Below are positions 37,721 through 48,934 of a stretch of DNA of 64,000 nt, piece by piece; within the stretch, counting starts at the first letter, position 1; each line of letters starts with the position of its first letter. The translations under genes and the position numbers were made by a program. Location: the IMG/VR virus record IMGVR_UViG_3300023184_000024, positions 186,001 to 250,000 of that record. One strand, given 5' to 3'. A model generated the notes under the pieces. That model was given only the letters and a program-made list of their open reading frames with translations. It did no database searches and was not told the origin of the DNA.

Positions 37721-38548
37721 ATGAATAAGTTTGAACAACTAATTGAATACGTCATTAATGATGATGACGCAAAAGCCAAAGAACTTTTCCACAACATTGT
37801 TGTAGAAAAAAGTAGAGCCATCTATGAGCAAATGATGGAAGAAGAGTCAATTGAAGAAGCTGCCGAAGAGGAAGAAGAATCAATCGAAGAAGGCGCCGAT
37901 GATGACCTCGAAGAAGGCATGCAACTCGGTGGCGATCAATCCGATGACTACATTGAAGATGTAGAAATGGAAGAGCAAGGCATGTCTGAAGACGAAGAGT
38001 CTGGTGACGAGTCTGGTGACGAGTTTGGCGACGGTGCTGAAGAAGCCGGCGACGACATGGGCGGTATGGACGACATGGGCGGCGACGAAGGCGGTGCTGA
38101 ACCAGCATCCAAAGACGACATACTCAATCTTGAAGACAAATTAGACCAATTAATGGCCGAGTTTGAAAGCATGATGGACGGCGGCGCCGACGAAGAAACA
38201 GACGACATGACTGGCATTGAAGTTGCTGACGACGAGTTAGAAACTGAAGGCATGTTTGAAAACGTTACTCTTAAAGCTGTTCCCAAGCCAACACATGGTG
38301 ATAACGGTGCTAACAACAAAAGTGTAGTAGCTGCCAATAGTGGTGCCCGCGGTGCCCTAGCTAAACCAGTACATGCTGGCGCCAATGAAGGCGGCAAGCA
38401 CGATTCATCTGCTTACAAAAACAATGTCAAAGACATGATTGGTAAAGTTGGTAATACACCTGCACAAAGCACACAAAAACCAACGCCTGCTACCAAAGCT
38501 CACTTGGCACAAGCGTCAGGTGTTAATAATAAATCTGTAATTCAGTAA
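37721..38548 (+). CDS. Acidic prohead core/scaffold-like protein
   Basis: Extremely D/E-rich; between portal and protease; TAAATA at 37682-87 and GGAGG SD. Confidence 0.6.
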   Translation: MNKFEQLIEYVINDDDAKAKELFHNIVVEKSRAIYEQMMEEESIEEAAEEEEESIEEGADDDLEEGMQLGGDQSDDYIEDVEMEEQGMSEDEESGDESGDEFGDGAEEAGDDMGGMDDMGGDEGGAEPASKDDILNLEDKLDQLMAEFESMMDGGADEETDDMTGIEVADDELETEGMFENVTLKAVPKPTHGDNGANNKSVVAANSGARGALAKPVHAGANEGGKHDSSAYKNNVKDMIGKVGNTPAQSTQKPTPATKAHLAQASGVNNKSVIQ

Positions 38549-38561
38549 GGGATTACATTAA

Positions 38562-39188
38562 ATGGCTCTTTACCTCAGGGAAAACCTTACTTTCAATCAA
38601 GCCGGCATCATTGTCGAAGGCTCAAGCGAAGGTAAGGATCTTTACATGAAGGGAATTTGCATTCAAGGCGGTGTTAAAAATGCCAATGAACGTGTGTATC
38701 CTGTCAATGAAATTGAACGTGCAGTTGCAACACTGAACGAACAAATCACTGAAGGGTATTCAGTCATGGGCGAAGTAGATCACCCAGACGACCTTAAAAT
38801 TAATCTAGACCGCGTCAGCCATATTATTACAAGTATGTGGATGGACGGTCCTAACGGTTACGGCAAGTTGAAAATACTTCCAACACCAATGGGGCAACTG
38901 GTTACAACCATGTTGCAGTCAGGTGTAAAACTAGGAGTTTCTAGTCGTGGTTCCGGCAACGTGAACGACGCCAACGGACATGTCAGTGACTTTGAAATAG
39001 TCACTGTGGATGTGGTTGCCCAACCCAGTGCGCCTAATGCATATCCTAAAGCCATTTATGAAGGCTTGATGAATATGAAGTATGGACATCGTGTGCTAGA
39101 AGTAGCACGTGACGCTGGACAGGACAACAAAGTACAGAGATATTTGAAGAGCGAAGTAATGAAACTCATCAAAGATCTCAAGATTTAG
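38562..39188 (+). CDS. gp21: Prohead protease
   Basis: NANERVYP, GEVDHP, GVSSRGSG, DVVAQPSAPNA. Confidence 0.92.
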   Translation: MALYLRENLTFNQAGIIVEGSSEGKDLYMKGICIQGGVKNANERVYPVNEIERAVATLNEQITEGYSVMGEVDHPDDLKINLDRVSHIITSMWMDGPNGYGKLKILPTPMGQLVTTMLQSGVKLGVSSRGSGNVNDANGHVSDFEIVTVDVVAQPSAPNAYPKAIYEGLMNMKYGHRVLEVARDAGQDNKVQRYLKSEVMKLIKDLKI

Positions 39189-39197
39189 GAGAAATCG

Positions 39198-40283
39198 ATG
39201 CTAGACGCAATTAAACCATTGCTCGACAGCGATCTGATTAACGAGGAAACTCGTACTGCGATTTCAGAAGCTTGGGAAGCCAAGATGACTGAAGCTCGCG
39301 AATCAGTACGTGCAGAACTTCGCGAAGAGTTTGCACAACGCTATGAGCATGACAAAAGTGTAATGGTGGAGGCCCTAGATCGCATGGTAACAGAAGGTCT
39401 TGCAACCGAAATTCAAACAGTACAAGCCGAAAAGCGTGCATTGGTTGAAGATCGTGTTAAGTTCCAACAGAAAATTAAAGAATCATCTACAAAGTTTAAC
39501 GACTTTATGGTATCTAAATTAGCTGAAGAGATTGGAGAACTACGCAAAGACCGCAAGCAACACAACGAAAGTCTAGCAAAACTAGAAAAATTTGTTGTAC
39601 GTGCATTGGCAGAAGAAATCACAGAATTCGCAAAAGACAAGAAAGACGTTGTTGAAACCAAAGTTAGACTAGTCCGCGAAGCCCGTGCCAAACTTGAAAA
39701 TCTAAAAGCTAAATTTGTAAAAGAATCAGCTGAAAAGATGAGCCAATCTGTTGCTCGGCATCTCAAAACCGAACTTAGTCAATTGCACGAAGACATTAAA
39801 ATTGCTCGAGAGAACAATTTTGGTCGACGTATTTTTGAAGCATACGCCGCTGAATTTGGATCAACATATCTTAACGAAAATGTTGAAATCCGTAAATTAC
39901 ACACAGCAGTTGCACAAAAAGAACAACAATTGGCAGAAGCCACCCGGATTGCCCAAGAGAAACATAGTCTTGTGGAATCCAAAGAGCGTGAGATTCGCAT
40001 GATTAAAGAATCCAATGAACGTGCAAGCGTTATGGAAGAATTGTTAGGCCCTCTAAACGGGGACAAACAAGAAGTCATGAAGAATCTACTAGAAAGCGTT
40101 CAAACAAGCCGTTTGAAATCAGCTTTTGAAAAGTATCTACCAGCAGTATTATCTGACACCTCACCAAAAGCCCGAAAAGTGATTAGTGAAAGTGTACGTA
40201 CTGTGACTGGTGATAAAACCGTTAAGGCGCCAGAAGAAGACCGTTCCAACGTGATCGACATCAAGCGCCTGGCAGGTCTGTAA
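39198..40283 (+). CDS. gp22: Prohead core scaffold protein, gp22-like
   Basis: Coiled-coil E/K-rich protein between protease and capsid genes. Confidence 0.7.
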   Translation: MLDAIKPLLDSDLINEETRTAISEAWEAKMTEARESVRAELREEFAQRYEHDKSVMVEALDRMVTEGLATEIQTVQAEKRALVEDRVKFQQKIKESSTKFNDFMVSKLAEEIGELRKDRKQHNESLAKLEKFVVRALAEEITEFAKDKKDVVETKVRLVREARAKLENLKAKFVKESAEKMSQSVARHLKTELSQLHEDIKIARENNFGRRIFEAYAAEFGSTYLNENVEIRKLHTAVAQKEQQLAEATRIAQEKHSLVESKEREIRMIKESNERASVMEELLGPLNGDKQEVMKNLLESVQTSRLKSAFEKYLPAVLSDTSPKARKVISESVRTVTGDKTVKAPEEDRSNVIDIKRLAGL

Positions 40284-40299
40284 TATAAAGGAGACTTAA

Positions 40300-41517
40300 A
40301 TGTCACAAGAACTATTAGAAAGCCGCTGGGGCGAGACTAAAGAAGCATTGCTTGAAGGTCTAAATGGCAACAAACGCAACAGCATGAGTGTTATTCTCGA
40401 AAATACTCGTAAATACTTGAAAGAGAACGCATCTGCTGGCTCTACAGTATCTGGTAACATCGCTACATTAAACCGTGTGATTCTGCCAGTGTTACGTCGT
40501 GTTATGCCAACAGTTATCGCCAACGAAATCGTTGGTGTACAACCTATGACAGGTCCGGTGGGTCAAATCCACACATTGCGTGTGCGTTATGCATCTACAA
40601 TGACAGACCAATCAGCAGCCGCTACTAGCGTAGTTGCTGGTGAAGAAGCATTGTCACCATTCAAGATTGCTGTTGCATACTCTGCAGGCGCTCGCGGTGC
40701 TGACAACGCTGCCACAACACAAACAGCCGCTCAAGGCTATTCCGGTGGCGCCACAGCTACCATGGAAGGTAACGGCGGTCGTCAGATCTCTGTTCAAATC
40801 TTGAAGCAAGCTGTTGAAGCTAAGACACGTAAATTGCAAGCTCGTTGGACATTTGAGGCAGCTCAAGATGCACAAGCTATGCATGGCATTGACGTAGAAG
40901 CTGAAATCATGGCTGCTCTTGCACAAGAGATCACAGCTGAGATTGACCAAGAGATCCTATTGAGCCTGCGCTCATTGGCTCAGACTGAGTTCACATACAA
41001 CCAAGCTACTGTATCTGGTACAGCCACATTCGTTGGTGACGAGCATGCCGCATTGGCAGTTCTGATCAACCGTGTTGCTAACTTGATCGCTCAACGCACA
41101 CGTCGTGGCGCTGGTAACTGGGCTGTTGTTTCTCCAGCATCTTTGACAGTATTGCAATCTGCTACAACTAGCGCATTTGCACGTACTACAGAAGGTACTT
41201 TCGAAGCACCTACAAACACCAAGTTTGTTGGTACATTGAACGGCGCAATGCGTGTGTTCGTTGACTCTTATGCATCTGACTCAACACCTGTGTTGGTTGG
41301 TTACAAAGGTTCCAGCGAAGCTGACGCAGCCGCATTCTACTGCCCATACATTCCTTTGATGAGCAGTGGTGTTGTTCTAGATCCATCAACATTCGAACCA
41401 GTCGTATCGTTTATGACACGTTATGGCTACATCGAATTGACAAACACTGCATCTAGCTTCGGCAATGCTGGTGACTATGTCGGTGAGATTGCTGTATCTA
41501 ACCTTTCATTCTCCTAA
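40300..41517 (+). CDS. gp23: Major capsid protein
   Basis: GVQPMTGPVGQI, VEAKTRKLQARWTFEAAQD, EITAEIDQE, FYCPYIPL, FMTRYG. Confidence 0.95.
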   Translation: MSQELLESRWGETKEALLEGLNGNKRNSMSVILENTRKYLKENASAGSTVSGNIATLNRVILPVLRRVMPTVIANEIVGVQPMTGPVGQIHTLRVRYASTMTDQSAAATSVVAGEEALSPFKIAVAYSAGARGADNAATTQTAAQGYSGGATATMEGNGGRQISVQILKQAVEAKTRKLQARWTFEAAQDAQAMHGIDVEAEIMAALAQEITAEIDQEILLSLRSLAQTEFTYNQATVSGTATFVGDEHAALAVLINRVANLIAQRTRRGAGNWAVVSPASLTVLQSATTSAFARTTEGTFEAPTNTKFVGTLNGAMRVFVDSYASDSTPVLVGYKGSSEADAAAFYCPYIPLMSSGVVLDPSTFEPVVSFMTRYGYIELTNTASSFGNAGDYVGEIAVSNLSFS

Positions 41518-41549
41518 TCAGAGAATCCAACCCAAGGGATGGGAAGGAC

Positions 41550-41574
41550 AAAAACCTGCTTCGGCAGGTTTTTT
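41550..41574 (+). terminator. Rho-independent terminator after the capsid gene
   Basis: AAAAACCTGC-TTCG-GCAGGTTTTTT with C(UUCG)G tetraloop. Confidence 0.9.
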
Positions 41575-41594
41575 GTTGGCCACTAAATACCAGC

Positions 41595-42209
41595 GTGGCT
41601 AAAATATTTTATACTCCCCCTGGCTATTACGGATCTGCAGAATTAACCGCTTCGACTGGGTTGATCGTTGATGATCAAGGGCTATGGCGATTAAGTCAGG
41701 CAGGGTACAATGACGGTGCAACTTTTGGCCTAAGCCTATCGTACCCACACCCAGAATCTGGTGGACATTTAGATTTGTCCGCAACAAACTGGACAATTGC
41801 TGATATAGGCAACGAATTAACATCGTACTATAATCCGGACACCAGTGAAACATATCCAGCTAGTCAATGCAGAATACAAATAACTGGTCGATGGCAAGTG
41901 ATCAGACAACCCAATTCAAACAGCTGGAACAGCGTTGGGGTCTCCTGGGCAGGGCATACCAACACTGATCTAGGCAATCGCGAAATGAGTCCTTGGCTGT
42001 TGACTTATTACACCAACTTTGCAACATATACCATACAAGGTGGTGACGTCACTGGTGGAGCACAAGATACATTCAGCGACCATGAATTTTACTGTAGGAT
42101 CACAGAATCATCAACCAGTGACAACAGCAACAAAGAATATCAAAGTAACACCATTTCAAGACCTGCTTGGGCGTACAGCTACATCAAGAGCTGGGAAATT
42201 GATATTTAA
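41595..42209 (+). CDS. Hypothetical late (probably virion) protein
   Basis: GTG start 5 nt after TAAATA (41584-89); aromatic and S/T-rich. Confidence 0.55.
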   Translation: MAKIFYTPPGYYGSAELTASTGLIVDDQGLWRLSQAGYNDGATFGLSLSYPHPESGGHLDLSATNWTIADIGNELTSYYNPDTSETYPASQCRIQITGRWQVIRQPNSNSWNSVGVSWAGHTNTDLGNREMSPWLLTYYTNFATYTIQGGDVTGGAQDTFSDHEFYCRITESSTSDNSNKEYQSNTISRPAWAYSYIKSWEIDI

Positions 42210-42211
42210 AA

Positions 42212-42308
42212 TAAATATCTATAACACAATTTGGTGTTTTATGCTGATGATTAAACCCAACAGCGTAGCGGGTAGAACCCGCATCGGACTTCTATTAGGA
42301 GAAATCAA
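42212..42308 (+). promoter_or_regulatory. Late promoter plus structured 5' leader
   Basis: TAAATA 42212-17; hairpins 42223-38, 42240-67, 42268-82; weak stem 42290-303 over the AGGAGA SD. Confidence 0.5.
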
Positions 42309-42827
42309 ATGGGTCGCCCACTAAAAATTAAAAAATCCACTACCAAAGACATCGGTTTTAACAATCTTGGCAGTTTAACAAATCCAGTGTATCCAGCAAC
42401 ACTAAACACAGCTCAGTACCTGGGTGTGGTTGGTGGTGAAAATACCAGCGTAGCCACCGCATCTTATCCTGTGGTACGTTGCCAAGCATGTGAAATTGGT
42501 GGTACTGAAGAAGCAGCCATCATTGTGCGTCAAAAAGGAACCACCACATATTTGGTATTAGGCCAAACCAGCGGAAACACATATCAAGCCACGCTGGCCA
42601 ATGAAGCCACAGGTGCATTGTCACCGGGCAACATGAACATTGCCATGTTCAATGGCGACAGCACTGACATCTTGATCAGTAAACTTACTAATAAGTGGGC
42701 ATTGGATTATTCTACACCACCAGTTCGTTATGTGATCAACTTCTTCAGCGACGAAGGCACTGAGATCAAGTCTGGCACCAAAGGTGTAACAAACGATCTA
42801 GCCATTGCAGAAAATTACACTAGCTAA
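42309..42827 (+). CDS. Probable virion structural protein (head decoration-like)
   Basis: 172 aa, strong SD, late promoter, near the capsid gene. Confidence 0.55.
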   Translation: MGRPLKIKKSTTKDIGFNNLGSLTNPVYPATLNTAQYLGVVGGENTSVATASYPVVRCQACEIGGTEEAAIIVRQKGTTTYLVLGQTSGNTYQATLANEATGALSPGNMNIAMFNGDSTDILISKLTNKWALDYSTPPVRYVINFFSDEGTEIKSGTKGVTNDLAIAENYTS

Positions 42828-42846
42828 TTTCTATCTAGTCAACTAA

Positions 42847-42880
42847 TCCTCTCTAATATATACACTAGGGAGGATTTTTT
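42847..42880 (+). terminator. Terminator-like hairpin containing the SD of the next gene
   Basis: TCCTCTCTA/TAGGGAGGA stem, then T6, then ATG 42881. Confidence 0.6.
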
Positions 42881-43465
42881 ATGACTGCGTTTGTGCTTGG
42901 AAATGGGGTTAGTAGGAATGTATTAGACCCAGCTCTTCTGCTGAGATTTGCACCAGTTTACGGATGCAATGGCTTGTACCGTACACATACACCCACAGTG
43001 TTAGTTGCCACTGATACTCCAATAAGCCGACAAATACAAGAGTCGGGATACAGTAAAAATAATAGATTTTATACGCGAAGACCAATGGCAAATCTAGGAG
43101 CCAATGAAATCCCCAAGCCTTATTTTGGGTTCAGTTCAGGCCCAGTTGCAGTGGCACTGGCTGCTATGGACAAGCATTATAAAATTTACATGTTGGGATT
43201 TGACATGGGGCCAGATACCGCAGGAAAGTTCAACAACTTGTATGCTGGCACTGAATTTTATAAACCGATGGGTGCATCACCAACGTTTACAGGAAATTGG
43301 TGCAAACAACTTATAAAAATAACTCAAGATTTTCCAAAAACAGAATTTGTAAGAGTGTTTGGTGACACTACTGCTCGTATAGCTGAATTAGAAAAATTGT
43401 CAAACCTTTCTCATTTGTCGATTACTGACCTTGCATCAACAATAAATAAAGAAAAGGATCTATAA
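42881..43465 (+). CDS. Rossmann-like protein resembling Maf/DUF115 or sialyltransferase-type folds
   Basis: FVLGNGVSR, YGCNGLY, LVATD, SSGPVA, IYMLGFD. Confidence 0.5.
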   Translation: MTAFVLGNGVSRNVLDPALLLRFAPVYGCNGLYRTHTPTVLVATDTPISRQIQESGYSKNNRFYTRRPMANLGANEIPKPYFGFSSGPVAVALAAMDKHYKIYMLGFDMGPDTAGKFNNLYAGTEFYKPMGASPTFTGNWCKQLIKITQDFPKTEFVRVFGDTTARIAELEKLSNLSHLSITDLASTINKEKDL

Positions 43466-44098
43466 ATGGCCGTTTATAAAAACGTAACTGGTGATTATAC
43501 TATCACTACAATAAGCACTGCTGACAACGTAATTGTTAACACAAATACGGTAAAAATCAATGGCAACCTTGATGTAGTTGGAAATGTTACTTATATCAAT
43601 ACCACTGAACTTAATATCACTGATCCGTTTATAGAGTTAAACGTCAGTAACACAGGGTCATATTATGCCAACTCTGGCATATTAACATACCGAACAGCTA
43701 ATAACATTGCCGGATTACGATTTAACAACAATGCCAACGCTTGGCAACTTAGCTCAGCCACTGACGTAAATGGCACAGCAGGTACTTGGGTAAATATTGC
43801 CACAGGTAATGTGGTGTCAGCTGCCGCTGGGTCTAACACTTCTATACAATACAACAATAACATGTCCTTTGGTGGAGACACCAATTATACCTATGATTTT
43901 GCAAGCTACAAAGTCACACTCAACGGACATCAAATATTTGGTAATATTGGATCTACTCCATCAGCAGTGGCAAATTCTTTGGCAGTGTACCACAAACAAG
44001 TGGGAACTGGCGGCAGTGGGCTTTATGTCAAAGGCACCTCAGTTGATGACGAGTTGGTCAGTAAAAACAAAGCCATCGTTTTTTCACTTATATTTTAA
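43466..44098 (+). CDS. Fibre-associated structural protein
   Basis: INGNLDVVGNVTYINTTELNITDPFIELN repeats a module at the N-terminus of the giant fibre. Confidence 0.6.
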   Translation: MAVYKNVTGDYTITTISTADNVIVNTNTVKINGNLDVVGNVTYINTTELNITDPFIELNVSNTGSYYANSGILTYRTANNIAGLRFNNNANAWQLSSATDVNGTAGTWVNIATGNVVSAAAGSNTSIQYNNNMSFGGDTNYTYDFASYKVTLNGHQIFGNIGSTPSAVANSLAVYHKQVGTGGSGLYVKGTSVDDELVSKNKAIVFSLIF

Positions 44099-44107
44099 GG
44101 AATCTCA

Positions 44108-44422
44108 ATGTCAATAACAACATCTAATGTAACAACCGCAGTTGGTAATGTTTACGTAAGTTCAGGAAATACTGCTATTACATTTTTAAGTTTATGTAAT
44201 TACAGTGTGGGAAATGTAACAGCAAATGTGCATGTGGTGCCTAGTGGTTCTTCTGCCAACAGCATTAACCAGATCCTGGCAAGTATACCAATTACCACAC
44301 TTGATACTTTTCAACTGTATGTCACAGGAGAAAAATTAATATTAAGCAACAACGACTCGGTGCAAGTCAGTGCCAGTGGCAATTCGTCGATTAGTGCACT
44401 AACCAGTTACACCAGTCTTTAA
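44108..44422 (+). CDS. Small beta-rich structural protein
   Basis: 104 aa, S/T/N/V-rich, AAGGA SD, within the fibre cluster. Confidence 0.55.
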   Translation: MSITTSNVTTAVGNVYVSSGNTAITFLSLCNYSVGNVTANVHVVPSGSSANSINQILASIPITTLDTFQLYVTGEKLILSNNDSVQVSASGNSSISALTSYTSL

Positions 44423-44821
44423 ATGGGATACTACGTTAAAAACAGACAGTTGCAATCGGGCTCATCGGGTGTGGTGATCCCAAGCGGTCCTACTGCTGAA
44501 AGACCATTGGCTCCTCGCTTTGGATTAATACGATACAACACTGACTCAGGCGCAGTTGAGTTTTTTAACGGAACACAATTTGTACAACTTAGTCAAGCTG
44601 GATCTATTAGTTACATTGTTGATAGTTTTACCGGCGATGGCTCCACTGTTGTTTTTACAATGTCAATACAGGAAACACTAACTACTCAAATTATTGTGTT
44701 TGTAGGATCAATATATCAAGATCCTGCCACAGCGTATACAGTAAATGGATCTTATAATATAACTTTTACTTCGGCTCCGCCATCAGGAGAGCCAATCAGC
44801 GTGATTCACAGCACGACTTAA
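44423..44821 (+). CDS. Fibre-associated protein
   Basis: IPSGPTAERP...IRYNTD...EFFNG and FTGDGS...F modules shared with neighbouring fibres. Confidence 0.6.
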   Translation: MGYYVKNRQLQSGSSGVVIPSGPTAERPLAPRFGLIRYNTDSGAVEFFNGTQFVQLSQAGSISYIVDSFTGDGSTVVFTMSIQETLTTQIIVFVGSIYQDPATAYTVNGSYNITFTSAPPSGEPISVIHSTT

Positions 44822-44847
44822 CCCATAAATATCCTACAAGGATCAGA

Positions 44848-47189
44848 ATGGCTATAAACAAGATTTCCGGCAATATACTAGCAGATAATCTGCAACGTGG
44901 TGCCAACTTAAGTATACAAGGCAACCTAGTTTATGTAGATGTTGTCAATACTCGTCTTGGCATAAACACCAACTCAACCACGTCTACATTGACCGTTGCC
45001 GGCAATGCTGAAATTTCTACAACGCTTACTGTAAACGGTAATGCCACTGTTGGTAACTTGGGCACATCAGGGATATTGACTGCAACTGGTAACATCACCG
45101 GAGGCAACTTGATCACCGGCGGGATTGTCAGTGCAATTGGCAACGTTTCAGGAAATTACATATTTGGCAACGGTAGCCAGTTAACCGGTATTGACGCCAC
45201 GTCCATCCAAAACGGCAACTCAAATGTTCGAGTATCTGCAAACGGTAATGTGTCTGTTGGCATCACTGGCACAAGCAATGTTGTGGTAATTGCATCAACT
45301 GGTGAATATGTTACTGGCGTTGTAAGTGCATCAGGTAACATCACCGGTAATGGTGTAACTTTGTCAGCCAATGCTATCTCGGCAGCATCTGGAGTTCTTA
45401 ATCTAGGATCTAATGCTAATATAAAAATTGCCGGTGGATCTACCAATTATTTGTTGACCACAGACGGTTTTGGCAATTTAATCTGGGCTTCTGCCGGAGC
45501 AGTTGGTGTGGTTGGCAATGTTATTCCGATGGGAACTAACACACTAGGAAATCTTGTCAGCAATGCAGTAATATTAACAACAGCAACAACAGTGACCGAC
45601 GGCATTACACAATTAAACACAGTACTTGGAAAATTAGTACCAGCAAGTCCGCCTAATTTTCCAAACAGCACAACACTTTCGATTACCACAGCAACATCAT
45701 CAGGTCGCATGTGTAATTTTACTCAAACTGATAACACGCCGGGTGCCAATAAAGCAGTGGCAGCTGGAACTGTGGTGTCGGTGGTACGGGGTAGTGCTTA
45801 CACAACCAACACAATTTCTAATACCGGTCCAGGTGACACCGGAACATTGACAGTGTACTTGAATGGCACAGGTGCCGGCAATGTAACATTCAACACTGGG
45901 GCATCGCCTACTGCAAACGGTACCTACAGTAATCTGGTTGTAACCAACAACTATGACTACCATACAGCCAATTCAAGTATTGCCTCGGGTTTTTGGTATG
46001 TGTTTACATCACAAGCCAGCGGTGTAGTTACACAGGGGTGGAACGAAGTATACCTATCAGATTCTGTTACTGGTAACACAAATACGCCATATTGGTACTA
46101 TGATGCAGCCGCTCCGGGAACACCGGTATTTTCAAATGTCAGCGTAACAGCCAGTGCAAGCCCTAGCCTAACTTATTCTAGTACAATTCCGCACTATAAT
46201 TCAGGAACACAATTCGGACTTGGATTTAGTGTAAACAAGCTGTCGGGCGATTTATACCCAAACAACGGCAACTTGCTAACAAATTCAACAGCCGCTGGCG
46301 GAGCATTCCAAGCACCAGCCAGCGTGACTTATGCCGCTGCCAATGTCACTGTGCCATTAACTCGAAGCTTGTATGTAAGTTCAGGAACAGCAACAGGAAA
46401 CACAACAGCTAATATTGTTGCTAGTGGATTTGGTTCTAGCGCAACTGGTCCAAGTGTGACAGTTACAAATAGTTATAATTCAGCATCACAAGCATTTACA
46501 ACTGCCTTGGCAGCAACGGTGCTTTACAAAAATGGAAATTCCACAGCCGTAGATGAAGGCAATGTCATTGTCACCAGTGTTGGCACAGGGTCCGGTAATG
46601 CATATAGGATTATCAATCCAGGATCAGTGGCCACCCCGACCTACACCGGCAGCGAGGCAGCATTTAACAGTCAAACCAGTACTTTACAAACATATGATGC
46701 CACAGTGGTTGGATCAGGATCTGCTGGAGTTCTCAAACACGACCAAACAAATTACTCAACTGGTTATTTGCCAGCAGGCCCAAATTTAAGTTCTGGCCGT
46801 ACAGGCACACAATACTTTACACTTAAGTTTGTGAGAACAAACGTTTCAAAATTTGATATCACGTACTCGGGGAATGTAGCCGGTATGTGGGTAGCCTTGC
46901 CGGGGTCAGTAATAGATTCAAGTTCCAGTGCCAATGGATGGATCAACATGGCAACTGCTTATGGAGGTGCCGGGTACCCGGGAGTTAATTCTCCAGGTAA
47001 CGGCAGTGATGGGTGTAGTCTGGGCGGGGTTGTGCCAATAAACGTCAATCAAGCCAGTGCAATCAACCGAACTTGTACATTTGGTACAGTGAGTAGTTCT
47101 AGTACAGCAACCAACGAAATTTACGTTAGGGTAGCTCTAACGTCAGGGCAGACCGTGTCGGCCTTATCAATTAACGCGGCGAGTAACTA
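44848..47189 (+). CDS. Tail fibre/structural protein
   Basis: 780 aa G/T/N/S-rich; ATGNITGGN repeats; TAAATA at 44826-31. Confidence 0.65.
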
Positions 47190-48875
47190 ATGGCAGTTTC
47201 AATAGCACAATACGTTGACCTACTGTTTAAAAAGCTACAAGGCGTTGCAAAAACAGCCAACAGCACAGTCAAAGGAGCATCCAATGAAAGCATTGCAAGC
47301 CCACCGCTGTTGCGCGGGGATGTTGTATGGGTAGAGTCTAATCAAATTGGCAACACTGCTCAGGCAATTGCTGGCATTGCCACCGCTTATAGAAACAGTG
47401 GAGCAGTTGAATGTGCGCCTGATACCACAGTGCCGCCTATTGGAAGTATTAGGCCCACTTGGTTGACCAACAAAACGTACTGGATACCACAAGAATTTGG
47501 ATCTACATGGCTGCCGAAAGTATTTGTTGGGCCAAGTGGTGCTGCTAATATTGAATCAACTGGTACACAGATATTTTCTGCTGGTATTGGCGGAGCTGGT
47601 GAATATTACTTTGATACACAAGCCGGAGTTTTAAACTTCATAGGTGAAACTATTCCCGCAGTGCTCACTGCCGGCAATGTTGTTTATGTAGCAGGATACC
47701 AATATTCGGGATTGCTTGGAACCACAAACTTACCAGGAAATACCACAATTGGTAATTTGGTAATAGCAAATACAACCATAACTACCAACCAGGTAAATGG
47801 TAATATTACTTTACAGCCAACTGGAAATGGCCTTGCAATAATCAACACTACCACTGGATTGGCTGTGCCATCGGGTAATACAGATCAACGACCAACAGGA
47901 GTCAATGGCGGGACAGTTAGATTTAATACACTAATTCAGAATTTAGAAGTTTACAACGGAACTTCATGGGTGCAAGCCGGCAGTAGCGGCAATACATTTA
48001 CGATTACAAATCAAACAATTTCACCAGATGGAGTTGGTGCTGTTTACACGTTGAATCAAGACGCAACGTCACCCAGTATATTACTAACAATAAACGGTAT
48101 TAATCAAACACCAGACGTCGACTATTCAGTGACTGGAAACTCGCTGACAATGACCACAGTTCCATTGAGCTCAGATTTTATTCAAGTAAGATTTTTAGCA
48201 GGATTGACAACAAATTATTTGATGACCAACAGTTCAGGAAATGCTGTTATATCTGTGGAGAACTCGGGAAATATAAATTTACAGCCAAGTGCTGGACACT
48301 TGATTAATTCTTACAGTAATATTCTTCCCACAGCTAATGTGACTTACAGTTTAGGATCATCAACTCAACGTTGGAAAGACCTGTGGTTGTCGGGGTCAAC
48401 TCTGACTCTTGGCAACATTGTTATTAAGAACGTCACTGGAAATACTATTAGTTTTTACGGACCAGACGGAGTTACACCGGCCATACTGGCAGCGGCAAAT
48501 GCTGATTTGGCAGAAAAGTACACCAGCGACCGGGAGTACAGTTCGGGCACTGTATTGGTATTTGGCGGTTTGGCACAGGTCACAGCTTGCACACACTCAG
48601 AAGACCACAGAGTTGCTGGTGTAGTAAGTACTGCCCCTGCACATTTAATGAATTCTGATCTGACAGGAACATCGGCTGATGTTGCCTTGGCCGGTCAGGT
48701 TCCTTGCTATGTCATTGGTCCAGTGGCCAAAGGCGATGTTTTAACTACATCAGACATAGAAGGATATGCCAAAGTATTGGATTTTTCACTGTTTAAACCA
48801 GGTTGTATAGTTGGAAAATCGCTGGAAAATTGTGGCAACGGCCAACATAAAATATTAATTTCTGTAACTCGCTAG
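47190..48875 (+). CDS. Tail fibre with C-terminal intramolecular-chaperone (Peptidase_G2-like) domain
   Basis: ADLAEKY...GTVLVFGG...RVAGVVSTAP...VALAGQVPC...KGD...IVGKSLE. Confidence 0.7.
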   Translation: MAVSIAQYVDLLFKKLQGVAKTANSTVKGASNESIASPPLLRGDVVWVESNQIGNTAQAIAGIATAYRNSGAVECAPDTTVPPIGSIRPTWLTNKTYWIPQEFGSTWLPKVFVGPSGAANIESTGTQIFSAGIGGAGEYYFDTQAGVLNFIGETIPAVLTAGNVVYVAGYQYSGLLGTTNLPGNTTIGNLVIANTTITTNQVNGNITLQPTGNGLAIINTTTGLAVPSGNTDQRPTGVNGGTVRFNTLIQNLEVYNGTSWVQAGSSGNTFTITNQTISPDGVGAVYTLNQDATSPSILLTINGINQTPDVDYSVTGNSLTMTTVPLSSDFIQVRFLAGLTTNYLMTNSSGNAVISVENSGNINLQPSAGHLINSYSNILPTANVTYSLGSSTQRWKDLWLSGSTLTLGNIVIKNVTGNTISFYGPDGVTPAILAAANADLAEKYTSDREYSSGTVLVFGGLAQVTACTHSEDHRVAGVVSTAPAHLMNSDLTGTSADVALAGQVPCYVIGPVAKGDVLTTSDIEGYAKVLDFSLFKPGCIVGKSLENCGNGQHKILISVTR

Positions 48876-48934
48876 AAACGTTTTTTTACCTTTACGGTAA
48901 ATAGATGTTAGAAGCCTTAACGTTGGAGAATATA

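Noticed and set aside
42229-42310. Hammerhead ribozyme (CTGATGA at 42244-50 and a later GAAA)
   Set aside because: No stem II closing directly on the core, stem I cannot form, and the cleavage-site base would be G.
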